64,000 nt of DNA from Candidatus Bathyarchaeia archaeon (lineage in GTDB: Archaea > Thermoproteota > Bathyarchaeia > Bathyarchaeales > Bathycorpusculaceae): positions 57,997-121,996 of the forward strand of contig JBEKBM010000005.1 in NCBI GenBank assembly GCA_050015395.1, read 5' to 3'. This document shows positions 29,818 to 39,637 of the stretch, piece after piece. Under the pieces are notes generated by a model, which made no database searches, was not told the DNA's origin, and saw only the letters and a program-made list of their open reading frames with translations. Positions within the stretch are counted from its first letter, which is position 1; each line of letters begins with the position of its first letter. Made by a program: the position numbers and the translations under genes.

Positions 29818-30956
29818 TAACTTTCCCCTCCAGCTAAAACTTCAGCAGTTTTGGGGTTGCTGTTTTTTAGTCTGCAAATCACTGGTTCTCCGCCTCTTGG
29901 GCACCAGAACTTGTCCAGATTTGGCGAAACCAAACGCATGGCTGACTCCTCTGACGATAAGTATAGGAAGTCGCCGTTTGAGCCTGCTACTAATGGTCGT
30001 AGTTTGATTCTGTCAGTTAAGCCTATCATTTCCCCATGATGAGCAATGATAATGCTGAATGGCCCGTTCATCAGTAAACTGCCGTAAGTTTGACGCAGTG
30101 ATCTTAGAAGTTGTGCTTTTTTGGGTTCCATGCAGTCTATTTCACTCCATAACGGTGCAGCAAGGATTTGAGCTACGAGTTCGATTGGTAGGTGCTGTCT
30201 TCGTATGAGCAAGTCAACCGTGTATGCTAACACTTCGGTGTCTGTTTGCATGGTGCACTTGTAACCATACATTTCCAAGTAGCGGCGGTTAATGCCGTAG
30301 GATGAGAGTTCACCGTTGTGCACTACTGTCCAGTCTAATATGTTGAATGGGTGTGCTCCGCCCCACCAGCCTGGAGTGTTCGTGGGGAATCTGCTGTGGC
30401 ATGTCCAGAGGTATCCTTGGTAGTCTTCTAAACTGAAGAAGTCTGCGACGTCTTCTGGGAAGCCTACGCCTTTGAATACGCCCATGTTTTTGCCGCTTGA
30501 GAAGACAAATGCCTTTCCAGTTTCAGTGTTAATGTGCATGATGGCTTCTATCACGTAATCTTCTTCTGTTTGGTCTTCAGGTCGATGTTTTTTAGGTTGA
30601 ACAAAGTACCGCCAAACTAACGGTGGGTCATGGACATTGGCGGGTCTTGTCTGCATTTCTTCGTCGTAGATTATGTCGAATCTAGAAGCGAGTATGTGGT
30701 CGGTTTTTTCTTTTGCGTCTTTGCTCAGGTACATTACGTGGAAAGCGTAGTGGTCTTTGAACTCTGGGTATATGCCGTAAACTGCGAAGCCGCCGCCTAA
30801 ACCGTTACCACGGTCATGCATGTTCGTTACAGCGCGGACTGGATCTTTTGAGCTAAACCGTTTGCCATCTGTGTTCATCATGCCGAAAAGGGCGCAGCCT
30901 GAGAAATCCTTGTCATCTCCGAAGGGACTGATTATTTTTCTATCTTGACGGTTCAT
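29817..30956 (-). CDS. Class II glutamine amidotransferase subunit (GltB1-like)
   Basis: C..., RGNGLGGG, HSRFPTNT, AHPF, HNGE, TDTE, DRIKLRP. Confidence 0.93.
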   Translation of the reverse strand: MNRQDRKIISPFGDDKDFSGCALFGMMNTDGKRFSSKDPVRAVTNMHDRGNGLGGGFAVYGIYPEFKDHYAFHVMYLSKDAKEKTDHILASRFDIIYDEEMQTRPANVHDPPLVWRYFVQPKKHRPEDQTEEDYVIEAIMHINTETGKAFVFSSGKNMGVFKGVGFPEDVADFFSLEDYQGYLWTCHSRFPTNTPGWWGGAHPFNILDWTVVHNGELSSYGINRRYLEMYGYKCTMQTDTEVLAYTVDLLIRRQHLPIELVAQILAAPLWSEIDCMEPKKAQLLRSLRQTYGSLLMNGPFSIIIAHHGEMIGLTDRIKLRPLVAGSNGDFLYLSSEESAMRLVSPNLDKFWCPRGGEPVICRLKNSNPKTAEVLAGGES

Positions 30957-30957
30957 T

Positions 30958-32238
30958 TTATTGCACCACACACATTTTTCTCTGCAAACCCACAGGCAGT
31001 GTTGCTAAGCCAAAGTCGTCCGAGAGGAGTTTCTGCTTGAATCTTTTCACGTTTATGGTGTTCTTCATAAGATAGAACAAGACGCCTGCACGTTCAATGC
31101 AGTTCACAAGTGTCAAGCCTACGATAACGTTGTTTTTAAGGACAAGTTTCTTGTAGACATTGCGCTCAGCGTCGTGTTTAACGAGCACTTCCAGTGCTGG
31201 GTCTTCCTTAGGGTTAGCTAAGCCTATGGAAACGATGGGGATGTCAAAGTACTTGAGGCTGCTCATGTTTGTGCCGCCTATATACGTGGTTTTCTTGCCT
31301 GCCATGTTGTAACCTGCAATTTGTCCTTCCAAGACTGCGAGGGGCCAGAGAGGCAAGAGGCGGTTCTGGTTCATAATGAAATCGTACGCTTCAGCCACAT
31401 CGCCGCTAGCGTAAACGTCAGGTACATTTGTCTGCATCGTATTGTCAACTACTATTCCCCTGTTAGTTTTCACCGCTGTTCCTACGACCAGTTCAGTGCG
31501 TGGAACAACACCGATGGCTACGATGACAAGGTCACAGGGCACTTGGTCACCCTTGGTTAAGATTACTCCGCCGACTACGCCATCGTTGCCTGGTGTGCCC
31601 AAGATTTTCTGGACAGACTGACCAGTTACGATGTTGACGCCTGCCTTCTTAACGACGCCTTCCACAAGGTCTGATGCTTTCGCATCCAAAAGCAAGCTGA
31701 GAATTTTCTCTTGCAATTCAACCATTGTAACTTTTAAGCCACGCTTCATGAGGGCTTCTGTTACGCTTATGCCGATGAGACCTGCGCCTATAACTACTGC
31801 CGCCTTAGCGTTTATGCTATCAATTTTGGCTGCAAGCTGTTGAGCATCCTTAATGGTGGTGAACGTGAATACGCCATCCTTATCTGAGCCTTCCATCTTT
31901 GGAACAAAGGGTTTGCCGCCTGTTGCAAGCAGCAACTTTTCATAAGCAACTTTTTCGCCGCTCTCCAGCTGGACGGTTTTCTCGGTAAGGTTTAGGGCTG
32001 TTGCTTTTTTGCCTGTGAGTGCTTCCGCGTTGTTTTCTTTCCAGAAGTCGTCGGTTCGGCACTTCATCTTATGGAAGTCTGCTTTGCCGCTGACAAAGTC
32101 GCTAATCATTGGACGACTGTACTGGGGGCATGGTTCTTCTGAAATTATGGTTATGCTTCCGGCTGGGTCTACTTCTCGGATGGCTTCAACTGCGCCTATG
32201 CTTGCTGCTGAACCGCCAACAATCAGGTACTTTGCCAA
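30958..32238 (-). CDS. FAD-dependent pyridine nucleotide-disulfide oxidoreductase
   Basis: LLLATGG, VIGAGLIG, VYASGDVAE; in the glutamate synthase operon. Confidence 0.9.
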   Translation of the reverse strand: MAKYLIVGGSAASIGAVEAIREVDPAGSITIISEEPCPQYSRPMISDFVSGKADFHKMKCRTDDFWKENNAEALTGKKATALNLTEKTVQLESGEKVAYEKLLLATGGKPFVPKMEGSDKDGVFTFTTIKDAQQLAAKIDSINAKAAVVIGAGLIGISVTEALMKRGLKVTMVELQEKILSLLLDAKASDLVEGVVKKAGVNIVTGQSVQKILGTPGNDGVVGGVILTKGDQVPCDLVIVAIGVVPRTELVVGTAVKTNRGIVVDNTMQTNVPDVYASGDVAEAYDFIMNQNRLLPLWPLAVLEGQIAGYNMAGKKTTYIGGTNMSSLKYFDIPIVSIGLANPKEDPALEVLVKHDAERNVYKKLVLKNNVIVGLTLVNCIERAGVLFYLMKNTINVKRFKQKLLSDDFGLATLPVGLQRKMCVVQ

Positions 32239-32239
32239 T

Positions 32240-32683
32240 TTAGGGTTTCACCTCTTTAAATACCAACGCTTCGTTAGGGCAGTTAGCAACGCATGCTGGC
32301 TCATCAAAACCTTGGCATAAATCGCATTTGGCAACTACTTTGCCTTGCTGATCCATCATTATGGCACCGTATGGACAAACCATTATGCAGGTCCAGCAGC
32401 CCATGCATTTCTCTTGGTTATAGGTCACTAAACCTGTTTTTTCATCTTTTTGCATTGCGCCTGATAAGCAAGCGGTTACGCATGGTGCGTCTTCGCAGTG
32501 TCGGCATTGGATTGCGAAGGAGACAGGCTTGTTTACTTCTAGTCTTACTCTGCTTATTGGTTTGGGGCGTTCGCTGTTGTAGGCTTTGATTATGTCTTTT
32601 GATTTTGAATGTTGGACTGTGCAGTAAACTTCGCATAGTCCGCAGCCCATGCATACTTCTTGCTTTGCGATTATTCTTTTCAT
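32240..32683 (-). CDS. 4Fe-4S dicluster protein (CooF/HydN-like)
   Basis: Four Cys clusters CxxCxxCxxxC / CxxCxxxxCxxxC. Confidence 0.92.
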   Translation of the reverse strand: MKRIIAKQEVCMGCGLCEVYCTVQHSKSKDIIKAYNSERPKPISRVRLEVNKPVSFAIQCRHCEDAPCVTACLSGAMQKDEKTGLVTYNQEKCMGCWTCIMVCPYGAIMMDQQGKVVAKCDLCQGFDEPACVANCPNEALVFKEVKP

Positions 32684-32950
32684 ACAGTTAAACCTCATCA
32701 AATTTCTTGTTTAGCGGGGACAACTGAGCATGAGAACATATAGTTCAATGTCGCTTGTGCATGAGGACGCCATTGCTTGTGGTTGATTGTTTAGCACTTC
32801 TCATTATTACTTTGCAGGTGTTTAGTGGCATTTTTATCCCTTTTTTATTAGTGTTAGCCCATTGAAATAGCATGTATTCTATATAACTTTGTTGATAATC
32901 ATTTATATGCAAGTTAATGAACTATGTTATCTAAATGAAACATATATCAG

Positions 32951-34063
32951 GTGAGTTTTTTGGCAGAAAAAGACCTAGGCTATAGAAAAGTCCAATGCAC
33001 GGGAAGAGGATCATACATAATATCCCTACCGAAAGAATGGGTCCAAGACCTAGAGTTAAAACGAGGCAGCGAAATAGCATTCAACAGCCAACCAGACTCC
33101 ACACTAACGCTGGTTCCAAGAAAAATCAAAGAAAAAGAAGGCAGAGACAACGCATCCAAACTCAAAGAATACTTCATAAACGTTGACCCGAAAGAGCCTA
33201 CACAATCCACGCTGCGCATGATCCGCGCGTTATACGCCATAGGCGCTGACATAATAAGAGTCCACTTCAAAAACGCTCAAGACGCAGTAAAATACAAAAA
33301 TGAAATAAAAAACCTATCTAGAGACAACTTTCTTGGTTCAGAAATAATCGATGAAACCTCAGACGAAATCACCCTGCAAATCCTAATAAAGCACTCGGAA
33401 TTCCCAATTGAAAAAGCTGTTAGAAGAATGGCTATTGTAGCACTCTCCGCAAACAGAGACGCCATTGCCGCCCTAAAAGACAGAAGCACCACCTTATTTG
33501 ACAGCGTAATCAACGCCCACAATGACGTAAACCGCTTGGGACTATACGTCGTTCGCCAACTAAAATACGGCATAGAACGAAACCTATACCGCGAACTCGG
33601 CTTTAGAACACCCAAAGAGTTCCTCTTATACCGCATAGCAGCGAACGACATTGAAAACATTGGCGAAAATGCCATGAATATCATAAACAATTTGGGTTCA
33701 CTGCAAAAATTAATCGATGACGAGACGCTTTTCATAAAAGACCCAATAGACGAAGAAATATACAATCAACTGGTCAATTTCAGCTCGCAAGCACACCAGC
33801 TATACGAAGACGCCATAAAAGCACTCTTCAAAAGAGAATACAAAGACGCTGAGAAACTAATTTCAAAACGCGAATCCCTAGCTCCACTAGAGAATGAGCT
33901 AATCATGCTAATGTCAAGCAAAAAACTAGACCCAAACATAGCTTCGGTATTGCGCTTAATTTTTGACAGTTCAAGACGCATAATGGATTACAGCAAAAAC
34001 ATGGCAGAACTAACGCTAAACCGAACTGTAGAAGAACTATGCTCAACACTCGCATACAAATAA
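32951..34063 (+). CDS. AbrB-PhoU family regulator
   Basis: RKVQxTGRGSYIISLPKEW AbrB-like N-terminus plus two PhoU helical domains. Confidence 0.9.
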   Translation: MSFLAEKDLGYRKVQCTGRGSYIISLPKEWVQDLELKRGSEIAFNSQPDSTLTLVPRKIKEKEGRDNASKLKEYFINVDPKEPTQSTLRMIRALYAIGADIIRVHFKNAQDAVKYKNEIKNLSRDNFLGSEIIDETSDEITLQILIKHSEFPIEKAVRRMAIVALSANRDAIAALKDRSTTLFDSVINAHNDVNRLGLYVVRQLKYGIERNLYRELGFRTPKEFLLYRIAANDIENIGENAMNIINNLGSLQKLIDDETLFIKDPIDEEIYNQLVNFSSQAHQLYEDAIKALFKREYKDAEKLISKRESLAPLENELIMLMSSKKLDPNIASVLRLIFDSSRRIMDYSKNMAELTLNRTVEELCSTLAYK

Positions 34064-34123
34064 TTTTCTTTTTCGAAAAGCCATCGGATAATTTAATTAT
34101 GGAACATTCAAATAATTATGCAC

Positions 34124-34402
34124 ATGGTAGACATAACAATATCAATTCCTCAAGAATTATATGATAAGATGAAGCGGCATTCAGAAGTCAAGTGGAGCGA
34201 AGTCGTCCGCAAAGCAATAGCAAGTTATGTCTACCGATTAGAAATAGTTGAAGGTGGAGTGGTGCCGATGAAAAGACTGACCAAGAAGCTGAAAGATTCT
34301 GGCGTTGACACCTCAAGTATTGACTTGGAAAAAGCTATTAAATATTACGAAGAAGGCAGGAAGCTGGAATGGAAGAGGCTGTCTAGCACACAAACGAACT
34401 GA
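34124..34402 (+). CDS. Ribbon-helix-helix antitoxin-like protein (downstream toxin decayed)
   Basis: ITISIPQELYDKMKRHSEVKWSEVVRKAI. Confidence 0.75.
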   Translation: MVDITISIPQELYDKMKRHSEVKWSEVVRKAIASYVYRLEIVEGGVVPMKRLTKKLKDSGVDTSSIDLEKAIKYYEEGRKLEWKRLSSTQTN

Positions 34403-34478
34403 CAGATTTTCTAAAAAGAGCAAGCTTGTTTATAGCAATAGATTCAGTAAGAAAAAACTTCGCTGAAACTAAGTAAAA

Positions 34479-34587
34479 TGGTGCTCCGGCCGGGATTTGG
34501 ACCCGGGTCCGCGACTCGAGAGGCCGCTATACTTAGTCCCTTAATAAGAAGTCTTAGTAAGGTTTGACCGGACTATACTACCGGAGC
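34479..34587 (-). tRNA. tRNA-Glu(CTC) with ~31-nt D-loop intron (~34533-34563), CCA encoded
   Basis: Acceptor stem GCTCCGG/CCGGAGC+ACCA; anticodon arm GCGGC-CTCTCGA-GTCGC; intron forms a hairpin with BHB-like junctions. Confidence 0.9.
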
Positions 34588-34668
34588 ATTCGGAAAATGG
34601 TTATCTCTTACAGATAAATATCTTTTTATGACTTTAAGTTTTGTAAGCAATCAATTTATCCGAAAGCC

Positions 34669-35022
34669 CTATGTTTCCTCGTCTACGTTTAGGAACCGCT
34701 TTATGGTTGCCACTATTTCAGCTAGTCCTTTCTCTGTTATAGGTGGTTGATAAGGAATTCTGAGCACATTCCAGCCTTGAGCTGTCAAGAGCTCATCGAT
34801 TTCGTTATCGCGCTTTTGCTGTTTATCGCTCGAATGTACTGGTGTGCCATCTAAGTAAACAATTTTTCGTTTGTTCATCCAGCAAAAGTCAGGAATGGTT
34901 GATTTTAGAATGATTGGTTTTTGTGTTACCATGCCTGTAGTTAACCCAGCCATGCTTAGTGCTTGAAATACTGCCATTTCTGCTTGGCTGACTTTAGGGT
35001 GCATGTTTGCTTTATAACTCAA
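34669..35022 (-). CDS. DUF559/Vsr-like endonuclease-domain protein
   Basis: SxAE, PDF, YLDGxxH, KRDxxxDxxLxxxGWNVLRI. Confidence 0.85.
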   Translation of the reverse strand: MSYKANMHPKVSQAEMAVFQALSMAGLTTGMVTQKPIILKSTIPDFCWMNKRKIVYLDGTPVHSSDKQQKRDNEIDELLTAQGWNVLRIPYQPPITEKGLAEIVATIKRFLNVDEET

Positions 35023-35116
35023 ATTGGTTCACAAGAAGTAGCATTGCATCTAACCCTTAATAAGTTCTATACAAAAAAGCGGTTGAACCATATGTGCATT
35101 CAGTAACTAAAAGTAG

Positions 35117-35220
35117 GCTTGGCGGAGTCGCCCATGTTAACTCAAGACGCGAATCAAAAAGAGCCCTGAATTGTCAGGGTACGGCAATCCGCGCCTCGTT
35201 TAACTGCTGACCCGCCAAGC
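35117..35220 (-). ncRNA. Candidate structured non-coding RNA (family not recognised)
   Basis: Nested complementary stems; the inner 12-bp stem pairs fully only on the minus strand through G-U pairs. Confidence 0.5.
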
Positions 35221-35382
35221 ATGGGTGTACCTCTTGGATGGCTATTTCTCGCAAATTAACAAGCCTTTGCGGAGTATAAATGGAATTGTGATTGTGTAAT
35301 TGCAACAACAAGCGTGCGAGCTTCTCTATAAAATCCGAATTTTAAAGTTGCAAATGATTAAAAGAAGCGGTTGCTTTTTACA

Positions 35383-35595
35383 TTATTCATTTACTATTTC
35401 TTGTGTTTCTTCGCGAACTATGGGCATAAAGGTTACGTTGTCTTTTTTGAGTGGTTTACGCTGTATCTTGTCTGGTCTTTTTTGGTCGCCTATCCAGTAC
35501 ATGTACCATCCCATGAGGAATATGAAGACTATTACTGGAAGAAGCATGATTACCATGGAGCTATTGCGTTTATGTTTGCGCTTTGAGGCTACCAA
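35383..35595 (-). CDS. Small single-TM hypothetical protein
   Basis: Basic N-terminus, hydrophobic helix, GWYMYWIG. Confidence 0.6.
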   Translation of the reverse strand: MVASKRKHKRNSSMVIMLLPVIVFIFLMGWYMYWIGDQKRPDKIQRKPLKKDNVTFMPIVREETQEIVNE

Positions 35596-35828
35596 CTTTG
35601 AACCCTGACTACCTTTCAGCGGACTGGCAAAATAAGCTTTGATAACTTAGAATAAAGATGCAAAATCACTAATTACCTTTGAGCTCTCGGTAGGTCATTT
35701 TTGTTTATGAATTTCTTTATCAAAAATTAGGCCATACCCAAGTCAGCCAGCTTGTAAACAAGCCTTTGCATGCTAATTGTAGGCGCATGGAAAAAGGAAG
35801 AGGTAAAACTTCTTTCAGTGTCTTAGGT

Positions 35829-38246
35829 TTAACTTTCAACTTTTTTCTCTTGCACTTGGAAAGGTGGATACTCCTTGAGTTTATCTGCCATGTCTTTAAG
35901 TTGCTTGTCTACAAGGTAATTCACTGTTCCTTCCTCAAAAGTTCCATCCGCACTTCTTTGCCCAGCTTTTGCTCCAGTAAGAACCTCTATGCCTTCATCA
36001 ATTGTTTTGACTGAGTAGATGCTAAATTTGCCGGCTTTCACTGCTTCAATAACTTCTTCTTTAAGCATCAGGTTTTGCACGTTGCTTTCCGGTATCATTA
36101 CTCCTTGCTGTCCAGTGAAACCCTTAAGTTTGCAGACTTCAAAGAAACCTTCAATTTTCTCGTTTACCCCGCCTATGGCTTGCACCTCACCTTTCTGATT
36201 AACTGAACCCGTTACTGCTATGTTCTGCTTTATCGGCAGTCCAGAAAGCGCTGATAAAATCGAGTATAATTCGGTGCTTGAAGCGCTGTCACCTTCGACT
36301 CCTTCATAATTCTGCTCAAAAACAAGTCTTGCTGAAAGACTTAACAGTTTGTCCCTAGCGTATTTGTCATTTATGTAGCCGCTGAGAATCAAGACGCCTT
36401 TTGTGTGTATGGGTCCGCCCATTTTAGCTTCTCTTTCAATGTCGATTACCCCTTCTCTGCCCAAGCCAATGCTTGCCGTTACGCGTGAGGGGTTGCCGAA
36501 GGCAAAGTCGCCTAGTCCCATAACGGATAAGCCGTTTACTTGCCCAACCCTTTGTTCAACGGTGTCTATTAGGAAGAACCCGCGTGTTATCATCTCTTGA
36601 ATTTTTTCTTGGATGAGTTTTGAGCGGTAAACTTTTTCTTCTATGGCTTTCTTGACATGGTTTCCGTTTATGAACTCGGCGTTTTCTTGTGAAGCATAAT
36701 AGTTTGCTTCGCGAATTATGTCAGCAATATGAGCGAATTGGGTTGAAAGCTTGTATTGGTCGTCTGCAATCCTTGAGCTGTACTCTACTAGCTTGGCTAC
36801 TCCTGTGCCGTCAAGGTGTTTGAGTTTTTCTTTTTCACATAGTGCGCATACCCAAGCGGCATACTGCATTACTTTATCGTCAGTTCTGTCCATCACTGTG
36901 TCAAATTCTGCTTTAATCTTGAAAAGTTCTCTAAAATCAGTGTCCAACTGGAATAGTAATTGGTAAATGTAGGGGTCACCAATTAGGATTACTTTGGCTG
37001 TTAAAGGAATAGGCTGGGGTTTAAGGGTTTTAACACTGAGAAAACCATAACGTTCTTCAGGTTCTGTTATAGCTATGTTTCTGTCTCTGAGGTCTCGTTT
37101 CAAGCCGTCATAGGAGAACGGGTCTCTCAGTAACTCTTCAACAGGAATAATCAAGTATCCGCCGTTGGCTTTGTGTATGGATCCTGCCCTGATCATGCTG
37201 AAGTCAGTGGTTAGAGCTCCAAACTGAGCTTCCTTCTCTGTTTTACCAAGAAGGTTAGGGTAAGTAGGGTTGGTTTCCATGACTACAGGGGCACCTTTAG
37301 TATCCGAGTTATCAATGACTACATTTACCTCATATTTCTTGTACGGTTCCTCTTTCATCCAAGGCATTGGGAATGGAAGTTGCTGTTGGGGTTCGCCTCT
37401 TTTAACAAACTGCTGCAAATTATCCAGAATGTCATTTTGCACGTCTTTCAGGTAGGTTGTTACTTCTGAGGTGTCTTTGTACTTCTCGACGAGGCTTTCC
37501 ACTTGATTGCCAATGGTGTAGAGGGCAACTTCTTTGTTGAGTTTCTTTAATGCTTCATGAATTTTTCTTTCCATGTCTATTAGTTGCCGCATTGTGTTTC
37601 TAAATTCGGCCTCCAACTTTTCCCTTTTTTCTTGGATTTTATCCTTCATTTTTTGAGGCAATGCTAACATTTCTTCTTCGCTGAGCGGTTTGCCATCTAA
37701 TACTGGAATAAGTAGCAGGCCAATAGGTGTTGTTTGAATTACAAAGCCTTCCCGTTGAGCCTTCTGGTTTAATTCTTCAATTAACTGTTTTCTTTGATTT
37801 TCTAGCCCTTGGATGGTGGATTCTCTTTTTGCAACGTAATCTTCACTTTCAAAAGCTTTAGGAAGCGCATTCCGAACAACATTTTCAATAAAATTTTTTA
37901 TATCATCGCGGAATTCTTTTCCTTTTCCAGCTGGCAACTGAATGGCTTTCGGCTCGTACGAGTTAGCAAAATTATTGACGTAACAACAGTCAGGTGGAAC
38001 TGGCTGAGCTTTAGCTTGCGCTTCTACGAAGTTTTTAACTGCGGTTTTTCTGCCTGTTCCAGGGTAACCTGCAACATACATGTTGAAACCGTGGTCTTTT
38101 ATGCCGAGCCCAAATTTTAACGCTCGGACGGCTCTTTCTTGGCCTATAATTTCGCTTAGTGGAATCAAGTCCTGGGTTGATTCGCACTGCATAAAATTAG
38201 AGTCACATTCTCTTCTGAGCTTTTCTACTGGCAACTTGTTTATCAT
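35829..38246 (-). CDS. Lon-like (LonC-type) S16 protease
   Basis: IIGQERA, GTGRKT, ANGGYL, Ser-Lys dyad EGDSASS / GGVNEKIEGF. Confidence 0.93.
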   Translation of the reverse strand: MINKLPVEKLRRECDSNFMQCESTQDLIPLSEIIGQERAVRALKFGLGIKDHGFNMYVAGYPGTGRKTAVKNFVEAQAKAQPVPPDCCYVNNFANSYEPKAIQLPAGKGKEFRDDIKNFIENVVRNALPKAFESEDYVAKRESTIQGLENQRKQLIEELNQKAQREGFVIQTTPIGLLLIPVLDGKPLSEEEMLALPQKMKDKIQEKREKLEAEFRNTMRQLIDMERKIHEALKKLNKEVALYTIGNQVESLVEKYKDTSEVTTYLKDVQNDILDNLQQFVKRGEPQQQLPFPMPWMKEEPYKKYEVNVVIDNSDTKGAPVVMETNPTYPNLLGKTEKEAQFGALTTDFSMIRAGSIHKANGGYLIIPVEELLRDPFSYDGLKRDLRDRNIAITEPEERYGFLSVKTLKPQPIPLTAKVILIGDPYIYQLLFQLDTDFRELFKIKAEFDTVMDRTDDKVMQYAAWVCALCEKEKLKHLDGTGVAKLVEYSSRIADDQYKLSTQFAHIADIIREANYYASQENAEFINGNHVKKAIEEKVYRSKLIQEKIQEMITRGFFLIDTVEQRVGQVNGLSVMGLGDFAFGNPSRVTASIGLGREGVIDIEREAKMGGPIHTKGVLILSGYINDKYARDKLLSLSARLVFEQNYEGVEGDSASSTELYSILSALSGLPIKQNIAVTGSVNQKGEVQAIGGVNEKIEGFFEVCKLKGFTGQQGVMIPESNVQNLMLKEEVIEAVKAGKFSIYSVKTIDEGIEVLTGAKAGQRSADGTFEEGTVNYLVDKQLKDMADKLKEYPPFQVQEKKVES

Positions 38247-38351
38247 GCTAAAATCACTTCATTTAACCTACAGAACTAGTATACTTTAAATTTGCTTTGC
38301 TTAGTAATTAAGTTTCTGTTGCCTACTTTTCCAGCGGTATCTAATCAGGCG

Positions 38352-38903
38352 CTAACTTTTATTCAAGAGGATGAAACGTTTGATTAATTCAGGATTCCTC
38401 ACTTCGGGATGAAAGAGCATACCGTAAATTGGCTTGATTTTATGCTTAATGATTTGGACGCACTTTGTGGATTTTGCCCAAACATAAAAATTCCCTGGAG
38501 ACTCAACGCAGTAGCTATGAAGTGAGTAAGCCTTGAAGTCTCCACAGAAAAGCGGGTTTTCTTTTAGCATACTTATCTGTGTCATACCTATTTCCAAACA
38601 TCGAATCAAGCGCATACCGAAAACTACGCCTATAGTTTCCATGCCTGCGCAGATGCCCAAAACTGGCTTTTCTGTTTCTTTGAGCCACATGAACTTTTCT
38701 GGTTGACTTAAAGTCGTTGTATCCTTGAGTGCTGTGCCTGAAAGAATGACACTGCCACATTGACTTAGGTCTTGGTTGGTTACTTCAAGGAAATGTTTTA
38801 CGATGCATTCATCCTGTGTTTTAGCAATTGTGACTATAGGTAATACAAACTCGTAAAAGCCCAATGAATCCTTCTTCCAATTCATGTCCACAACAAGAAT
38901 CAT
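38352..38903 (-). CDS. Class I glutamine amidotransferase
   Basis: ILSG, PVLGICAG, FHPE. Confidence 0.9.
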   Translation of the reverse strand: MILVVDMNWKKDSLGFYEFVLPIVTIAKTQDECIVKHFLEVTNQDLSQCGSVILSGTALKDTTTLSQPEKFMWLKETEKPVLGICAGMETIGVVFGMRLIRCLEIGMTQISMLKENPLFCGDFKAYSLHSYCVESPGNFYVWAKSTKCVQIIKHKIKPIYGMLFHPEVRNPELIKRFILLNKS

Positions 38904-39580
38904 TTCGAAACCAGCCGAGCCTGATTAATTATGAATACTCCAGAATTTCCCTTAAATTCAACACTATAATCAAGGACTTCGATTTTCTTTTTGAATAGAG
39001 GTGCATCTAAAACTGTTGTCTCAATTTCGCCTCCTTCTCCGGCTGGACTCAAACCATACTTTTGCTGAAGGTCAACTAGCCTATCTATTAGCTTGTTGTC
39101 GATTTGTTTTCCAAGCCATTTTTCGTCAAGGGGATAAGCGAAAACTCCTGAAATAATCACTTTAAACCTTTTTTCAAGAAGCTCTTCTAAGAGGGCTTTC
39201 TGGTTATGTTTCCAAAGCGGATTGAAACACCAAAGTCCAAGCTGATTGCATATACGCTGGACCCGTTCAGCTTGGTAGACTGACTCCACTGCGCCCGTTA
39301 CCACGCCATCTATCTTGAACTTACTTGCTGCCTCAGCGATTGCATATTCCAAGTCTGAGAGCTCCTTCTCTTTTTCGCCCTGGGTTGTCTTTGTTATTTG
39401 AGGCAATCCTAAGGCTTCTGCTTGAAGCGCCGTAATGTCAATATTCGGAGTATGGAACATGAAGCTCTCCTTATTTTTCGAAAGTATCGTGATGAGGCAT
39501 ACGACTTCTTCTTTCTCCGCAGCTAAGTGAAGAGCAAGTGTTGAGTCTTTGCCGCCTGAGAACAGAACCCCTAATCGCAT
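38900..39580 (-). CDS. Diphthine--ammonia ligase (Dph6-type PP-loop ATPase)
   Basis: SGGKDS, SFMFH, GAVESVYQ, PLW, GEGGE.ET.VLDAP. Confidence 0.92.
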   Translation of the reverse strand: MRLGVLFSGGKDSTLALHLAAEKEEVVCLITILSKNKESFMFHTPNIDITALQAEALGLPQITKTTQGEKEKELSDLEYAIAEAASKFKIDGVVTGAVESVYQAERVQRICNQLGLWCFNPLWKHNQKALLEELLEKRFKVIISGVFAYPLDEKWLGKQIDNKLIDRLVDLQQKYGLSPAGEGGEIETTVLDAPLFKKKIEVLDYSVEFKGNSGVFIINQARLVSK

Positions 39581-39637
39581 GGCTACCTTAAAAAAGAAAA
39601 CTAGTTTATATGCCTGATTCAAACAGGCGTTTAAAAC

